Notes under the pieces: model-generated
Seen by the model: only the letters and a program-made list of their open reading frames with translations
Told to the model about the DNA's origin: nothing
The model's database searches: none
Source of the DNA: an uncultured Prevotella sp.
GTDB lineage: Bacteria; Bacteroidota; Bacteroidia; Bacteroidales; Bacteroidaceae
Direction: 5' to 3'
Assembly (NCBI GenBank): GCA_947163985.1
Contig: CAMUVE010000005.1
Location: forward strand, 9,760-73,759
DNA length: 64,000 nt
Shown: positions 38,447 to 48,166 of the stretch, piece after piece
Numbering within the stretch: position 1 is the first letter of the stretch
Layout of the letters: each line of letters opens with the position of its first letter
Position numbers and translations under genes: made by a program

Positions 38447-41326
38447 ATGAACAGATTTCTTATGGTGCTGGTATTCCTGACGGCATGTATCGCTATGCAG
38501 GCTCAGGTGAGTATCAGCGGAACGGTGACAGACAGAGATACGAAAGAGGGAATAGAACAGGTTACTGTGCAGCTGCTGCGTGGCGACAGCACCTTCGTGA
38601 AGGGTACTCTGACCAACGAAAGCGGAGCATTCAGTATAGACAACGTTGACGACGGACGATATATAGTAAAGCTGAGCAGCGTGGGCTACCAGCCTTACTG
38701 CAAGGACGTCCGCGTGAAAGGGGGAAAGACCATAGACCTCGGAACACTCGTGATGGGTGCCGACGCCATAATGTTGAAGGCAACGACGGTGACAGCACAG
38801 GCACAGAAGGTGATACTGCGCGAAGACACCTTCGTATATAATGCCGACGCCTACAGAACACCTGAGGGCTCTGTGGTAGAAGAACTCGTGAAGAAACTCC
38901 CGGGAGCAACAGTTGACGAAAGCGGAAAGATAACCATCAACGGTAAGGAGGTAAAGAAAATTCTCGTTGACGGTAAGGAGTTTATGACCGGCGACACCAA
39001 GACGGCAATGAAAAATCTGCCTACAAGCATAATACAAAGCATCAAGGCATACGACGAGAAGAGCGATATGGCGCGAGTGACGGGTGTTGACGACGGCGAG
39101 GAAGAAACGGTGCTCGACTTCGGCATAAAGCGCGGAATGAACAAAGGACTCATGATGAATGCTGATGTGGCGGCAGGAACGAAGAGCCGCTATGCAGAAC
39201 GCCTCATGGTGGGAGTGATGAAGGACGACCTTAAGGTTATGGGTTTCGGAAATGCCAATAACACCAACGACCAGGGGTTCCCGGGCGGTGGCGGCGGCGG
39301 ACGCTTCGGAGCCGGAAAGAACGGACTCAACTCCTCGAAAATGCTGGGCGTCAACGTAGGTTACGAAAAGAAGAAAAAACTCGAGATCAACGGTAACGTA
39401 AGGTGGAACCATAACGACGGTGACATATACTCGTTTCAGGCGACAAAGAACTTCGTAGGCGGTGATGTGACGTCACACTCAAACAGCCTTAACCAGAAAT
39501 ACAGCAGAGGCAACCAGTGGAACTCACGTTTCAAGATAGAGTGGAAGCCCGACACGATGACAAATATCCTCTTCAGACCTTCCTTCAGCTATTCTTCAAA
39601 CGACGGCAACGACGGACAGGACAGCAAGACGTGGGACGCTGTAGATATCCTGAACAGTAAGCTGAGCCGTTCGACAACATACTCCGACAGCAAGAACCTG
39701 GGAGGAATGTTGCAGATTAACAGGAAGTTGAATACTAAGGGACGTAACGTCACCCTGCGCACTGAGGCAAACTACTCCGACGGCGACAGCAAGAACCTGG
39801 CGACAAACAACGTACACCTGTACCAGATATTAGACAGGTTCGGCAACGACAGTACCTACCAGACAAACCGCTATAACGTGACGCCGACAAAGAGCTGGAA
39901 CTACTCGGTACAGGCTACATACACGGAACCGCTGGCAAAGAAACTCTTCCTGCAGCTGTCGTATAAGTACACATATAAATATAATAAGAGCGACCGCACC
40001 ACATACGCCTTCAACGATCTTGGCGAACACTTCTTCGACGGCATACCTATGGACTACAGAAACTGGGACGCCTACCTGTCGCGACTCGCCAATCCGCTGC
40101 CGACGTACGAAGATACAAAACTAAGTCGCTTCTCGGAGTATAAGAACTATATCCACGACCTGCAGGCAACGCTGCGATGGGTACACCCGAAATACCTGCT
40201 CAACGTGGGTGTGCTGCTACAGCCCCAGAAGACAGCCTTCCGACAGCGTTACATGGGAACGAATGTGGAGACAGACCGCACCGTCACAAACTTCACGCCG
40301 ACGCTGGACTTCAGATACACCTTCTCGAAAGTCAGTAAGTTGCGCATAAACTACAGGGGAGTGACTACACAGCCTAATATGAGCGACCTCGTAGATATCA
40401 TCGACGATAGCGACCCGCTGAACATCACCCGCGGTAATCCCGGACTGAAACCGTCGTTCACCAATAACCTGAGGTTCTACTATAACACCTATATGGAGAA
40501 ACACCAGCGTTCGCTGATGACATATCTTAACTTCAGCAACACAAGAAACGCTATCTCTAACCGCGTAGTTTATGACGCTGCGACGGGTGGACGCATATCA
40601 CAACCCGACAACGTCAACGGCAACTGGCAGGTGGATGCTGCGCTGATGTTCAACACTCCCGTTGACAGCGCCGGCTACTGGAACGTCAACACCTTCACAC
40701 AGGGCGGATATAACAACTACGTGGGATATGTCAGCGTTAATTCTATGTCGCTGTCAGAGAGGAATACCACACGAACCTTCAACCTCAGTGAACGTCTGCA
40801 GACAAGCTATCGTCGTGACTGGTACGAGGTGGCTCTCGACGGTTCCTTCAACTATATGACTGTACGCAACCTGCTGCAGTCGCAGAACAACCAGAATACG
40901 TGGCAGTTCTCCTACGGCGGTTCGCTGAACTTCTACATGCCCTGGGGCACAAGTCTTTCTACAGATATGCACATGAACAGCCGCAGGGGCTATTCCGACA
41001 CGTCAATGAACACCAACGAACTGGTGTGGAACGCACAGGTGTCACAGAGTTTCCTGAAGGGAAAGGCGCTGACAATATCGCTGCAGTTCTACGACATACT
41101 GCAACGTCAGAGTACGCTGTCGAGAACGGTAAACGCAATGATGCAGAGCGACACGTCGTATAACAGCATAACGAGCTACGCTATGCTACACGCTGTCTAT
41201 CGTTTTAATGCTTTCGGCGGTAAAGGCGGTCGAGGAGAAAGAAGTAGTGGAATGGGTGGAGGCTCACGTGGCTTCGGGGGCTCTCGTGGCGGTGGTTACG
41301 GCGGCGGCAGACCACCGAGGTTCTAA
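38447..41326 (+). CDS. Large outer-membrane beta-barrel protein with N-terminal carboxypeptidase-regulatory-like domain (TonB-receptor-like)
   Basis: Signal peptide, ISGTVTD..., LVKKLPG and ILVDGKEF plug-like region, GNPGLKPSF, Gly/Arg-rich tail. Confidence 0.85.
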   Translation: MNRFLMVLVFLTACIAMQAQVSISGTVTDRDTKEGIEQVTVQLLRGDSTFVKGTLTNESGAFSIDNVDDGRYIVKLSSVGYQPYCKDVRVKGGKTIDLGTLVMGADAIMLKATTVTAQAQKVILREDTFVYNADAYRTPEGSVVEELVKKLPGATVDESGKITINGKEVKKILVDGKEFMTGDTKTAMKNLPTSIIQSIKAYDEKSDMARVTGVDDGEEETVLDFGIKRGMNKGLMMNADVAAGTKSRYAERLMVGVMKDDLKVMGFGNANNTNDQGFPGGGGGGRFGAGKNGLNSSKMLGVNVGYEKKKKLEINGNVRWNHNDGDIYSFQATKNFVGGDVTSHSNSLNQKYSRGNQWNSRFKIEWKPDTMTNILFRPSFSYSSNDGNDGQDSKTWDAVDILNSKLSRSTTYSDSKNLGGMLQINRKLNTKGRNVTLRTEANYSDGDSKNLATNNVHLYQILDRFGNDSTYQTNRYNVTPTKSWNYSVQATYTEPLAKKLFLQLSYKYTYKYNKSDRTTYAFNDLGEHFFDGIPMDYRNWDAYLSRLANPLPTYEDTKLSRFSEYKNYIHDLQATLRWVHPKYLLNVGVLLQPQKTAFRQRYMGTNVETDRTVTNFTPTLDFRYTFSKVSKLRINYRGVTTQPNMSDLVDIIDDSDPLNITRGNPGLKPSFTNNLRFYYNTYMEKHQRSLMTYLNFSNTRNAISNRVVYDAATGGRISQPDNVNGNWQVDAALMFNTPVDSAGYWNVNTFTQGGYNNYVGYVSVNSMSLSERNTTRTFNLSERLQTSYRRDWYEVALDGSFNYMTVRNLLQSQNNQNTWQFSYGGSLNFYMPWGTSLSTDMHMNSRRGYSDTSMNTNELVWNAQVSQSFLKGKALTISLQFYDILQRQSTLSRTVNAMMQSDTSYNSITSYAMLHAVYRFNAFGGKGGRGERSSGMGGGSRGFGGSRGGGYGGGRPPRF

Positions 41327-41742
41327 TCGTCATCCTCGTCGAAGTCGTCGTCTAAATCGTCGTCAAAGAATATAGGCGCCGTGAACTCGTCCAAGGCGCG
41401 ACGCTCCTTCTTCGTAGGGCGTCCTGTGCCGCGGGCGCGGTCAATAAATCCGCTGATACGACTCATCTCGAGAAGTTCGTACTGCTTAGGGTCGGTGACG
41501 TTCTCGTAAATCTCGGGAATTAGTTTCGCTCCTACGCGCTGCTCAATACATTTTAGTACGCGGAACGAGTAGGTTATGGGAGGCTTCTTGACGCTGACCA
41601 CCTCGCCTTCCTTCAGCGGGCGCGAGGGCTTTACCGTCGTGCCGCCAATGGTGACACGCCCGTTCTTACAAGCGTCGGCAGCAATGCTGCGAGTCTTGAA
41701 GATTCGTGCCGCCCAGAGCCATTTGTCTATTCTTGCCTCCAT
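41323..41742 (-). CDS. hslR: Ribosome-associated heat shock protein Hsp15 (S4 domain)
   Basis: RIDKWLWAARIFKTRSIA, GRPTKKERR. Confidence 0.9.
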   Translation of the reverse strand: MEARIDKWLWAARIFKTRSIAADACKNGRVTIGGTTVKPSRPLKEGEVVSVKKPPITYSFRVLKCIEQRVGAKLIPEIYENVTDPKQYELLEMSRISGFIDRARGTGRPTKKERRALDEFTAPIFFDDDLDDDFDEDDD

Positions 41743-41747
41743 ACTCC

Positions 41748-42317
41748 TTACTGTTTCTTCTTGTTGAACTGATTCATGGTGAAATCAACACCAGTGAGGA
41801 CAAAACTCTTTATCACCTCTACGGCGGTGTCTATGGCGGGTTGGAAGAGTTTCTTCTCGTCGTCCGAGAAGGTGCCGAGAACATAGTCTATCTGTCCACC
41901 CATCGAGAAGTCCTTACCGATACCCATACGCAGACGGGCATAGTTCTGACCTATCAGCTGTTGTATGTGTCCCAGACCGTTATGACCGCCGTTGCTGCCG
42001 CCAGCCTTTAGGCGGAAGGTGCCAAGGGGTAGCGCTATCTCGTCGCTGACAACGAGCAGACGCTCCTGGGCTATCTTCTCCTTCTCGAGCCAGTAACGTA
42101 TAGCGTTGCCGCTGAGATTCATAAAGGTGGTGGGCTTTAGAAGAAAGACCTTACGACCTTTCAGCGATGTCTCGCCAAGATAGCCGTAACGACGATCTTC
42201 AAAAACAGTATTGGACGCCTTTGCAAAAGCGTCCAACACCATGTAACCTGCATTGTGACGGGTGTCGGCATACTCCGCTCCCGGATTGCCCAACCCCACA
42301 ATTAAGTATTTGTCCAT
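41748..42317 (-). CDS. pth: Peptidyl-tRNA hydrolase
   Basis: [31 protein letters not shown]. Confidence 0.96.
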   Translation of the reverse strand: MDKYLIVGLGNPGAEYADTRHNAGYMVLDAFAKASNTVFEDRRYGYLGETSLKGRKVFLLKPTTFMNLSGNAIRYWLEKEKIAQERLLVVSDEIALPLGTFRLKAGGSNGGHNGLGHIQQLIGQNYARLRMGIGKDFSMGGQIDYVLGTFSDDEKKLFQPAIDTAVEVIKSFVLTGVDFTMNQFNKKKQ

Positions 42318-42925
42318 TATTCAGCGGCTTCTTCAGTGTTCTCCTGAGCAGCAGCATTAGACTTACGTGTTGCCTTGATAGTGCAAACCACAACGTCCTT
42401 GCTTGTTGCCATCTCCAGACCTGGGAAGTTGAGCTCGCCAACCTTGATGCTCTTACCGATAGTAAGGTTAGTAACATCAATGTCGAGAGTTTCAGGAATA
42501 TCACCGTACTTAGCAGTAACGTTAACCTTACGAACGATGAGGCTAAGACGACCACCATCGCGAACACCCTGTGCCAAACCGTTGAGCTTAACAGGAACAC
42601 CGATAGTGATTGGTTTGTCCTCGTGTACCTCGTAGAAATCTACGTGGAGAAGAGCGTCTGTTACTGGGTGGAACTGGAGCTCCTTGATGATTGCTGCGTG
42701 CTTCTCACCCTCGATGTCGATAGCGATGAGGTAGATGTGAGGAGTGTAAACAATCTTACGGAGTTCAGTGAACTCTACCTGGAAAGGTGTTGCTACTGGA
42801 AGGTTGTTCTTGTCGCGTGCCTCACCATAGAGGTTACAAGGAACGAAACCTTCTTTTCTTAACTGCTTAGAAGCCTTCTTGCCGATGTCGCTTCTTTTCT
42901 GTGCTTTGATTGAAATCTCTTTCAT
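42317..42925 (-). CDS. rplY: 50S ribosomal protein L25 / general stress protein Ctc
   Basis: [34 protein letters not shown]. Confidence 0.95.
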   Translation of the reverse strand: MKEISIKAQKRSDIGKKASKQLRKEGFVPCNLYGEARDKNNLPVATPFQVEFTELRKIVYTPHIYLIAIDIEGEKHAAIIKELQFHPVTDALLHVDFYEVHEDKPITIGVPVKLNGLAQGVRDGGRLSLIVRKVNVTAKYGDIPETLDIDVTNLTIGKSIKVGELNFPGLEMATSKDVVVCTIKATRKSNAAAQENTEEAAE

Positions 42926-43129
42926 AATCTTTTTTGTTACTCTAAATTAAGTTTTAAGATATGCTTAATTCGCCATCACTTTACGAAAAAGCGGTGCAAA
43001 GGTACGTCTTTTTATTTAAACAGCCAAATAAATTGGATTTTTTATGTAGTTTTCTTGCAGAAGACCATAATTTTAAGTATATTTGCAGGCAATTATCAAG
43101 GATCTTTGAACAAGAAACAGTAAAAACAC

Positions 43130-44068
43130 ATGATTAACAGAGAATTAATCCGTATCAAAATCGTACAGTTAACCTACGCCTACTATCAGAATGGTAATAG
43201 GAATATCGATACGGCAGAGAAGGAACTAATCTTCAGCCTGTCGAAGGCATACGACCTGTACAACTATCTCTTAGGACTCATGGTGGCACTGCTCAACGAG
43301 TCACGAAAGAGGGTAGAGGTGGCTGCGTCGAAAGCAAAACGCGAAGGACTAAAGATGCCTTCGGAGCGCTTCGTGCAGAACAAGTTCTTGCTACAGCTCG
43401 AAGTAAACAGTCAGCTTACGGAGTTTATGGAAAACCAGAAACAGACGTGGGAGGACGATACGGAGTTCGTGCGCAGACTGCTCGACCAGATTGAGCAGAG
43501 CGATATGTATAAGGAATATATGGAGAGCGACGACAACTCCTACGAGAGCGACAGAGAGCTGTGGCGCAAGATATACAAAAACCTCATCATGAACAACGAG
43601 GACCTCGACGCACTGCTCGAAGAGAAGAGTCTTTACTGGAACGACGACAAGGACATCGTCGATACCTTTGTGCTGAAGACGATAAAGCGCTTCGAGGCAG
43701 AAAACGACAACAAACAACCGCTGCTGCCGGAATATCGTGACGAGGAAGACCGCGAGTTCGCACAGAAGTTGTTCCGCGCAACGATACTCAACGCCGATAC
43801 CTATCAGCGCTACATGAGCGAGGCGTCGCGCAACTGGGACTTCTCACGACTGGCATATATGGACGTGGTGATAATGCAGATAGCAATAGCCGAGATGCTC
43901 ACTTTCCCCAATATCCCTGTCAATGTTACCATCAATGAGTACGTTGACCTCGCCCGCCTTTATAGCACACCGAAGAGTTCAGGCTACATCAACGGTATGC
44001 TCGACGCAATAGCACGTCACCTTATCGATACAAAGAAAATGATGAAGACTCTCCCCGAAAAAGAATAA
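43130..44068 (+). CDS. nusB: Transcription antitermination factor NusB (Bacteroidota long form)
   Basis: MINRELIRIKIVQ, WDFSRLAYMD, VTINEYVDLA, YINGMLD; -7 box at 43078-43085. Confidence 0.92.
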   Translation: MINRELIRIKIVQLTYAYYQNGNRNIDTAEKELIFSLSKAYDLYNYLLGLMVALLNESRKRVEVAASKAKREGLKMPSERFVQNKFLLQLEVNSQLTEFMENQKQTWEDDTEFVRRLLDQIEQSDMYKEYMESDDNSYESDRELWRKIYKNLIMNNEDLDALLEEKSLYWNDDKDIVDTFVLKTIKRFEAENDNKQPLLPEYRDEEDREFAQKLFRATILNADTYQRYMSEASRNWDFSRLAYMDVVIMQIAIAEMLTFPNIPVNVTINEYVDLARLYSTPKSSGYINGMLDAIARHLIDTKKMMKTLPEKE

Positions 44069-44130
44069 ATAGGAGTTCCTTGAGAACTTGTTCGAAAAAA
44101 TCGTAAATAGTCAAATAGTAAATTACAACA

Positions 44131-44451
44131 ATGTCAACACTTATTTTACAAGCTCAAGCCCAAGGTGGCGGCGGCATGGGAATGATTCTTATGATGGTAG
44201 CAATATTCGCCATCATGTGGTTCTTTATGATTCGTCCTCAGCAGAAGAAGCAGAAGGAGATACGCAACTTCCAGAACTCTCTGCAGGAAGGCGCAAAGGT
44301 AGTTACCGGCGGTGGTCTCTACGGCACAGTAAAGCGTATAGACCTTCAGAATAACGTAGTAGAGGTAGAGGTGGCACACAACGTAGTGGTGCGCGTTGAC
44401 CGTAACTATGTCTTCGCCGACGCTTCTGCTATGCAGGGAGCACAAAAGTAA
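44131..44451 (+). CDS. yajC: Preprotein translocase subunit YajC
   Basis: WFFMIRPQQKKQK, VVTGGGLYG. Confidence 0.95.
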   Translation: MSTLILQAQAQGGGGMGMILMMVAIFAIMWFFMIRPQQKKQKEIRNFQNSLQEGAKVVTGGGLYGTVKRIDLQNNVVEVEVAHNVVVRVDRNYVFADASAMQGAQK

Positions 44452-44460
44452 GGTCGGCTC

Positions 44461-45438
44461 ATGGGCAACGGAATAGTTCGCTTGGCAAAGAGAATAACAA
44501 ACTCCCTGTTCGGGTATCTGAACAGGCAGTTTTTTATATTCTTATTCTTTTTGTTCCTGAGCGGAATATTCTGGTCGCTACTCACTCTTAACGAATCGTA
44601 CGAACGCGACATCCCAGTACTCGTCAAGGTCGTTGACTACCCCAAGAAGGTTATCATAACCAGCGATGTGGTGGACACCGTTAGGGTGAGCATAAAGGAT
44701 AAGGGCTATGCTCTTCTGGCTTACCTCTACGGCGATGCTCTACCCGTTGTCACTGTAGATTTCAAGACTCACGCCAACGACGGGAAGTGCATAGTGACGG
44801 CAGCGGAGATACAAAAAGTACTACGACAGCAACTCTACACCTCGTCGAAGATATCGGGCGTAAAACCGTCGCAACTGGAGTTCTATTACAACTATGGAGA
44901 GAAGAAATACCTCCCCGTACAGCTGAATGGCGAGATACGTCCTATGCGCAGCTACTCCATAATGAAGGTTACCTTCGAACCCGACAAGGTGGTGGCGTAT
45001 GCCTCTGAGGAGAAACTTGCCGAGTTGCAGAATGCTGTGACTACAAACGTCTCTCTTCTCGATGTCAAGGACACTATAGTGGAAAACATCTCATTAGAGA
45101 AGATTGCTGGCGTGAAGTTCGTACCCTCAAAGGTCAAAATGAGCGTCTATCCCGATGTCCTTACCGAGGAGGCCCTTGAAATCCCTGTGACAACGATAAA
45201 CGTACCCGAAGGTAAGTCGCTGCGTATGTTCCCCGCAAGGGTTAAGGTGTCGTTCACCGTTCCGGCAAGCCAGTTCCGACGCATTCATCCTATACAGTTT
45301 ACCGTCGTTGCAGACTATCAAGACATAGCCGCTCACCCGACGGAGAAGTGTACACTGAAGATAAAGGAGGTTCCTGACGAGGTGAAAAACGTCCGACTGG
45401 AACAGCCACAGGTTGACTATCTTGTAGAAAACCAATGA
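44461..45438 (+). CDS. YbbR/CdaR-like domain protein
   Basis: N-terminal TM helix then repeated beta domains; conserved position between yajC and coaE. Confidence 0.75.
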   Translation: MGNGIVRLAKRITNSLFGYLNRQFFIFLFFLFLSGIFWSLLTLNESYERDIPVLVKVVDYPKKVIITSDVVDTVRVSIKDKGYALLAYLYGDALPVVTVDFKTHANDGKCIVTAAEIQKVLRQQLYTSSKISGVKPSQLEFYYNYGEKKYLPVQLNGEIRPMRSYSIMKVTFEPDKVVAYASEEKLAELQNAVTTNVSLLDVKDTIVENISLEKIAGVKFVPSKVKMSVYPDVLTEEALEIPVTTINVPEGKSLRMFPARVKVSFTVPASQFRRIHPIQFTVVADYQDIAAHPTEKCTLKIKEVPDEVKNVRLEQPQVDYLVENQ

Positions 45439-45995
45439 GACGGATAGCCATAACGGGGGGTATAGGAAGCGGCAAGAGCTTCGTCTGCAGGATGCTGGCG
45501 GAGCACGGCATAGAGATATACGACTGCGACGCCGCCGCAAAACGACTGATGAGGACTTCCAGTGAGTTGCGAGCCAGACTGACAGGACTCGTCGGCAGCA
45601 ATCTGTATGACGGCGAGCGACTTAACAAACCCGTGATGGCGCAGTTCCTGCTCAGCAGCGACGAGAACCAACGCGCCGTAAATGCTATCGTCCATCCCGC
45701 CGTAGGCGAAGACTTCCTGAAGTCGGGAATGACGTGGATGGAGTGCGCAATACTTTTCGAGAGCGGTTTCGACAAACTCGTAGATTATAAAATATGTGTC
45801 GTTGCACCCCTCGAAATAAGACTGCAGAGAATAATGCAGCGCGACGGACTGACACGCCAAAAGGCTATGGAGTGGATCAGCAAACAAATGCCGCAAGAGG
45901 AAGTGTCGTCAAAGTGCGACTTCGTCATCGTTAACGACGGTGTGGCAGACCTTCAACAGCAAATAGAAAACTTAAACAACATTATAAAAATATAG
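45435..45995 (+). CDS. coaE: Dephospho-CoA kinase
   Basis: ITGGIGSGKS, IVHPAV, AILFE, RIMQRD. Confidence 0.95.
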   Translation: MRRIAITGGIGSGKSFVCRMLAEHGIEIYDCDAAAKRLMRTSSELRARLTGLVGSNLYDGERLNKPVMAQFLLSSDENQRAVNAIVHPAVGEDFLKSGMTWMECAILFESGFDKLVDYKICVVAPLEIRLQRIMQRDGLTRQKAMEWISKQMPQEEVSSKCDFVIVNDGVADLQQQIENLNNIIKI

Positions 45996-46001
45996 AACAT
46001 T

Positions 46002-46421
46002 ATGAAAGAAGTTATTTTATCAATATCTGGAAAACCAGGACTCTTTAAACTCGTGTCAAGAGGAAACCGTAATCTCATCGTCGAGACTCTCGACGCTCAG
46101 CACAAGCGTATGCCAGCCTTCGGTACCGACCGCATCACATCGCTCAACGACGTCGCTATGTACACCGACGACGAGGACGAACCGCTGACAAAAATCCTTG
46201 CCGCAATGGGCAAGAAGGAAGACAATAAAAAGGCTTCCATCGACGGAAAGAAGGCAAGCAGCAAGGAACTCCGTGAGTACTTCGCAACAATACTTCCTAA
46301 CTTCGACCGCGACCGCGTGCACGATAACGACATCAAGAAACTCATTCAGTGGTATAACATCCTCGTGGAGAATAATATCACCGACTTCGACGCAGAACCC
46401 GAGGCAGAGAAGGCAGAGTAG
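46002..46421 (+). CDS. DUF5606/DUF6852-type conserved Bacteroidota protein
   Basis: ILSISGKPGLFKL, DRVHDNDIKKLIQWYN. Confidence 0.8.
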   Translation: MKEVILSISGKPGLFKLVSRGNRNLIVETLDAQHKRMPAFGTDRITSLNDVAMYTDDEDEPLTKILAAMGKKEDNKKASIDGKKASSKELREYFATILPNFDRDRVHDNDIKKLIQWYNILVENNITDFDAEPEAEKAE

Positions 46422-46461
46422 CGAAAGGAAACCCGAACCGGAGAAGGGTGTGCAATGAAAT

Positions 46462-46501
46462 AAAACCCGAAAGCCCTGTGATTATGGGACTTCCGGGTTT
46501 T
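46462..46501 (+). terminator. Terminator-like hairpin after the nusB-coaE-DUF5606 run
   Basis: AAAACCCG...CGGGTTTT stem with T-run. Confidence 0.6.
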
Positions 46502-46994
46502 TAGGTTTCCCGAAATTTTAGTTTTCAAAAAAACATCACACATTACACTGAAAAATTTTTACACTATAATTCTTGTGGTGTGTATGTTTATTCAAAGTAA
46601 ACCTATGGTTTACTCCGAGTATGGCGGCGCTTTACTCTGACCAAACCTATGGTTTAGTCGGAGAAAACCTATGGTTTGGTCCGAGAAAAGCCATTTCGTG
46701 GTGAAAACAAACCATAGGAATGTTGAAAATAGGGCATTTTTATGGTCAAAAAGGCATATTTATTCAGGAAGGAAATAAATATACTATAGTGGATTTGAAA
46801 ATTCTTTACACATGCGTCTTCAATAGTTCTCTGCCGCTAACACCCTGTTATTCAGTACTTTACACACAAAATCATCGTCGTGTTTTACAATTCTCACCCT
46901 TCAATAATGGCTTAAGCCACTGACTGTCAGAGCAATAACCGGTGTAATGTGTAATGTTTCTTTTGAAAAATAAAAATTCCAGAATCCTAAAAAC
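46497..46994. mobile_element. ~500-bp non-coding element with 52/53-bp terminal inverted repeats and an internal 22-bp-period array (MITE-like)
   Basis: Left 46497-46548 vs revcomp of 46942-46994 match at 46/53 aligned positions; AAACCTATGGTTT at 46599, 46643, 46665. Confidence 0.65.
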
Positions 46995-47183
46995 GCACAA
47001 AGGTACCGGACTTTGTCTTAGACTTAGTAATGGTTTTAGTCTTGAACTGATTAATAATGTCTGTAATGGTCTTTGTATTGTACTTTGTACGTTTTTACAA
47101 AAAATCTTTCAAAAATCTTTTGTAAAATAACGAAAATTTAATTTGTATTTTACACTCGTTATAACTCTTTAATGTGATTAATT

Positions 47184-47303
47184 ATGGTAATAACGCAATT
47201 GAATGCCGCCCAGTTGAATGTATTGAGACTGATGTCATACATCAGTACTGAGCAGGAGCAACAGGAATTACAGGACATCCACAATATGGCTATTGTGCCT
47301 TAA
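47184..47303 (+). pseudogene. Truncated small antitoxin-like ORF (MVITQLNAAQLNVLRLMSYISTEQEQQELQDI...)
   Basis: 39-codon ORF resembling the N-terminus (LNxAQxxxLxxMSxI) of small Prevotella proteins that I recall preceding PIN toxins; no PIN gene follows. Confidence 0.4.
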
Positions 47304-47393
47304 AGCCCTGTAATATGACGTGTGACAGTTCCTCGTCATATGAGGTGACAGGAACTGATGTTGTAAGTTAAAAAGTGATAATAATACGATGTA

Positions 47394-47428
47394 AAATTCC
47401 CGCTTTTGGGAATTTCGCCTTATATTTG
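47394..47428 (+). promoter_or_regulatory. higBA promoter with palindromic operator
   Basis: AAATTCCC-N6-GGGAATTT (47394-47415) directly upstream of the -7 box TATATTTG (47421-47428). Confidence 0.6.
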
Positions 47429-47458
47429 CAGTCAAAATAATGATATAGAAGATGATAT

Positions 47459-47656
47459 ATGCGATTAGTTAGTGTTGCTAGCGAGCTGCGAGCAATCTCG
47501 TTCCTTCATTACGAACAATTGGCAGGCACTAACGGAATGAGTTCCATCCGAGTTGTTAATGGAATGGTGGAACGTATCCTTTTTAGAGAATTTGATGGTG
47601 GAATAAGTATTAAAGTTTTAAGTTTAGACGATACGCATTATGGCAACAAGAAATGA
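47459..47656 (+). pseudogene. N-terminally truncated HigB/RelE-like toxin
   Basis: 65 aa resembling the C-terminal half of HigB killer proteins (LHYEQL...SSIRV...RILF...THY); overlaps the antitoxin start by 17 nt; an upstream ATG is closed at once by TAG. Confidence 0.55.
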
Positions 47657-48011
47657 AAATCTAGCACCCTTCATGGCGGTGCATCCTGGTATGATGATTA
47701 AACCAGAATTGGAAGAACGTGGAATCAGCCAGAAGGATTTCGCCAAGATGGTTGGTGTCCAAGCGTCGCATCTGAGTGAGGTCTTGAACGGAAAGCGTGG
47801 ACTTACTACAGATTTGGCTGTGAAAATTGAGTCAGCTATAGGTCTTCCTGCAAAGGTGTTATTGTCTGCACAGGCGCAGTATGAGTTGGAATCCGCAAAT
47901 CCTACAAGTGATAATAAGAAGGAAGAAACTATAGCTATTACGATTCCTATTCGTGATCGCAATTTGCTACGTGAGATAGTCCGTAGATTCGGTTGGGTGG
48001 GGGTGTTTTAA
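47640..48011 (+). CDS. higA: HigA-family antitoxin (XRE HTH)
   Basis: AVHPG, ISQKDFA, SHLSEVLNGKR, QAQYEL. Confidence 0.85.
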   Translation: MATRNENLAPFMAVHPGMMIKPELEERGISQKDFAKMVGVQASHLSEVLNGKRGLTTDLAVKIESAIGLPAKVLLSAQAQYELESANPTSDNKKEETIAITIPIRDRNLLREIVRRFGWVGVF

Positions 48012-48166
48012 ATTGAATCACGGAACGGTTCTTAACTCTTGTATATGTTGAGAATGTCACGGGGGACAGGTGAGTGGCATAAGATGGTTGATGGTTGAAT
48101 TACGATGTATTGCCAAAAAATCATTAAAAATTTGTCCCTTTCGCATAAACTTACTAACTTTGTAAC

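Noticed and set aside
38420-39412. 330-aa minus-strand ORF
   Set aside because: Antisense to the beta-barrel gene; no family motifs
46599-46718. 22-bp-period repeats as a CRISPR array
   Set aside because: The 13-bp core and 9-bp gaps are far too short for repeat-spacer units; no cas genes in the window
46720-46923. 67-aa ORF inside the 500-bp element as a transposase remnant
   Set aside because: No DDE, HUH or recombinase motifs; AT-rich chance ORF
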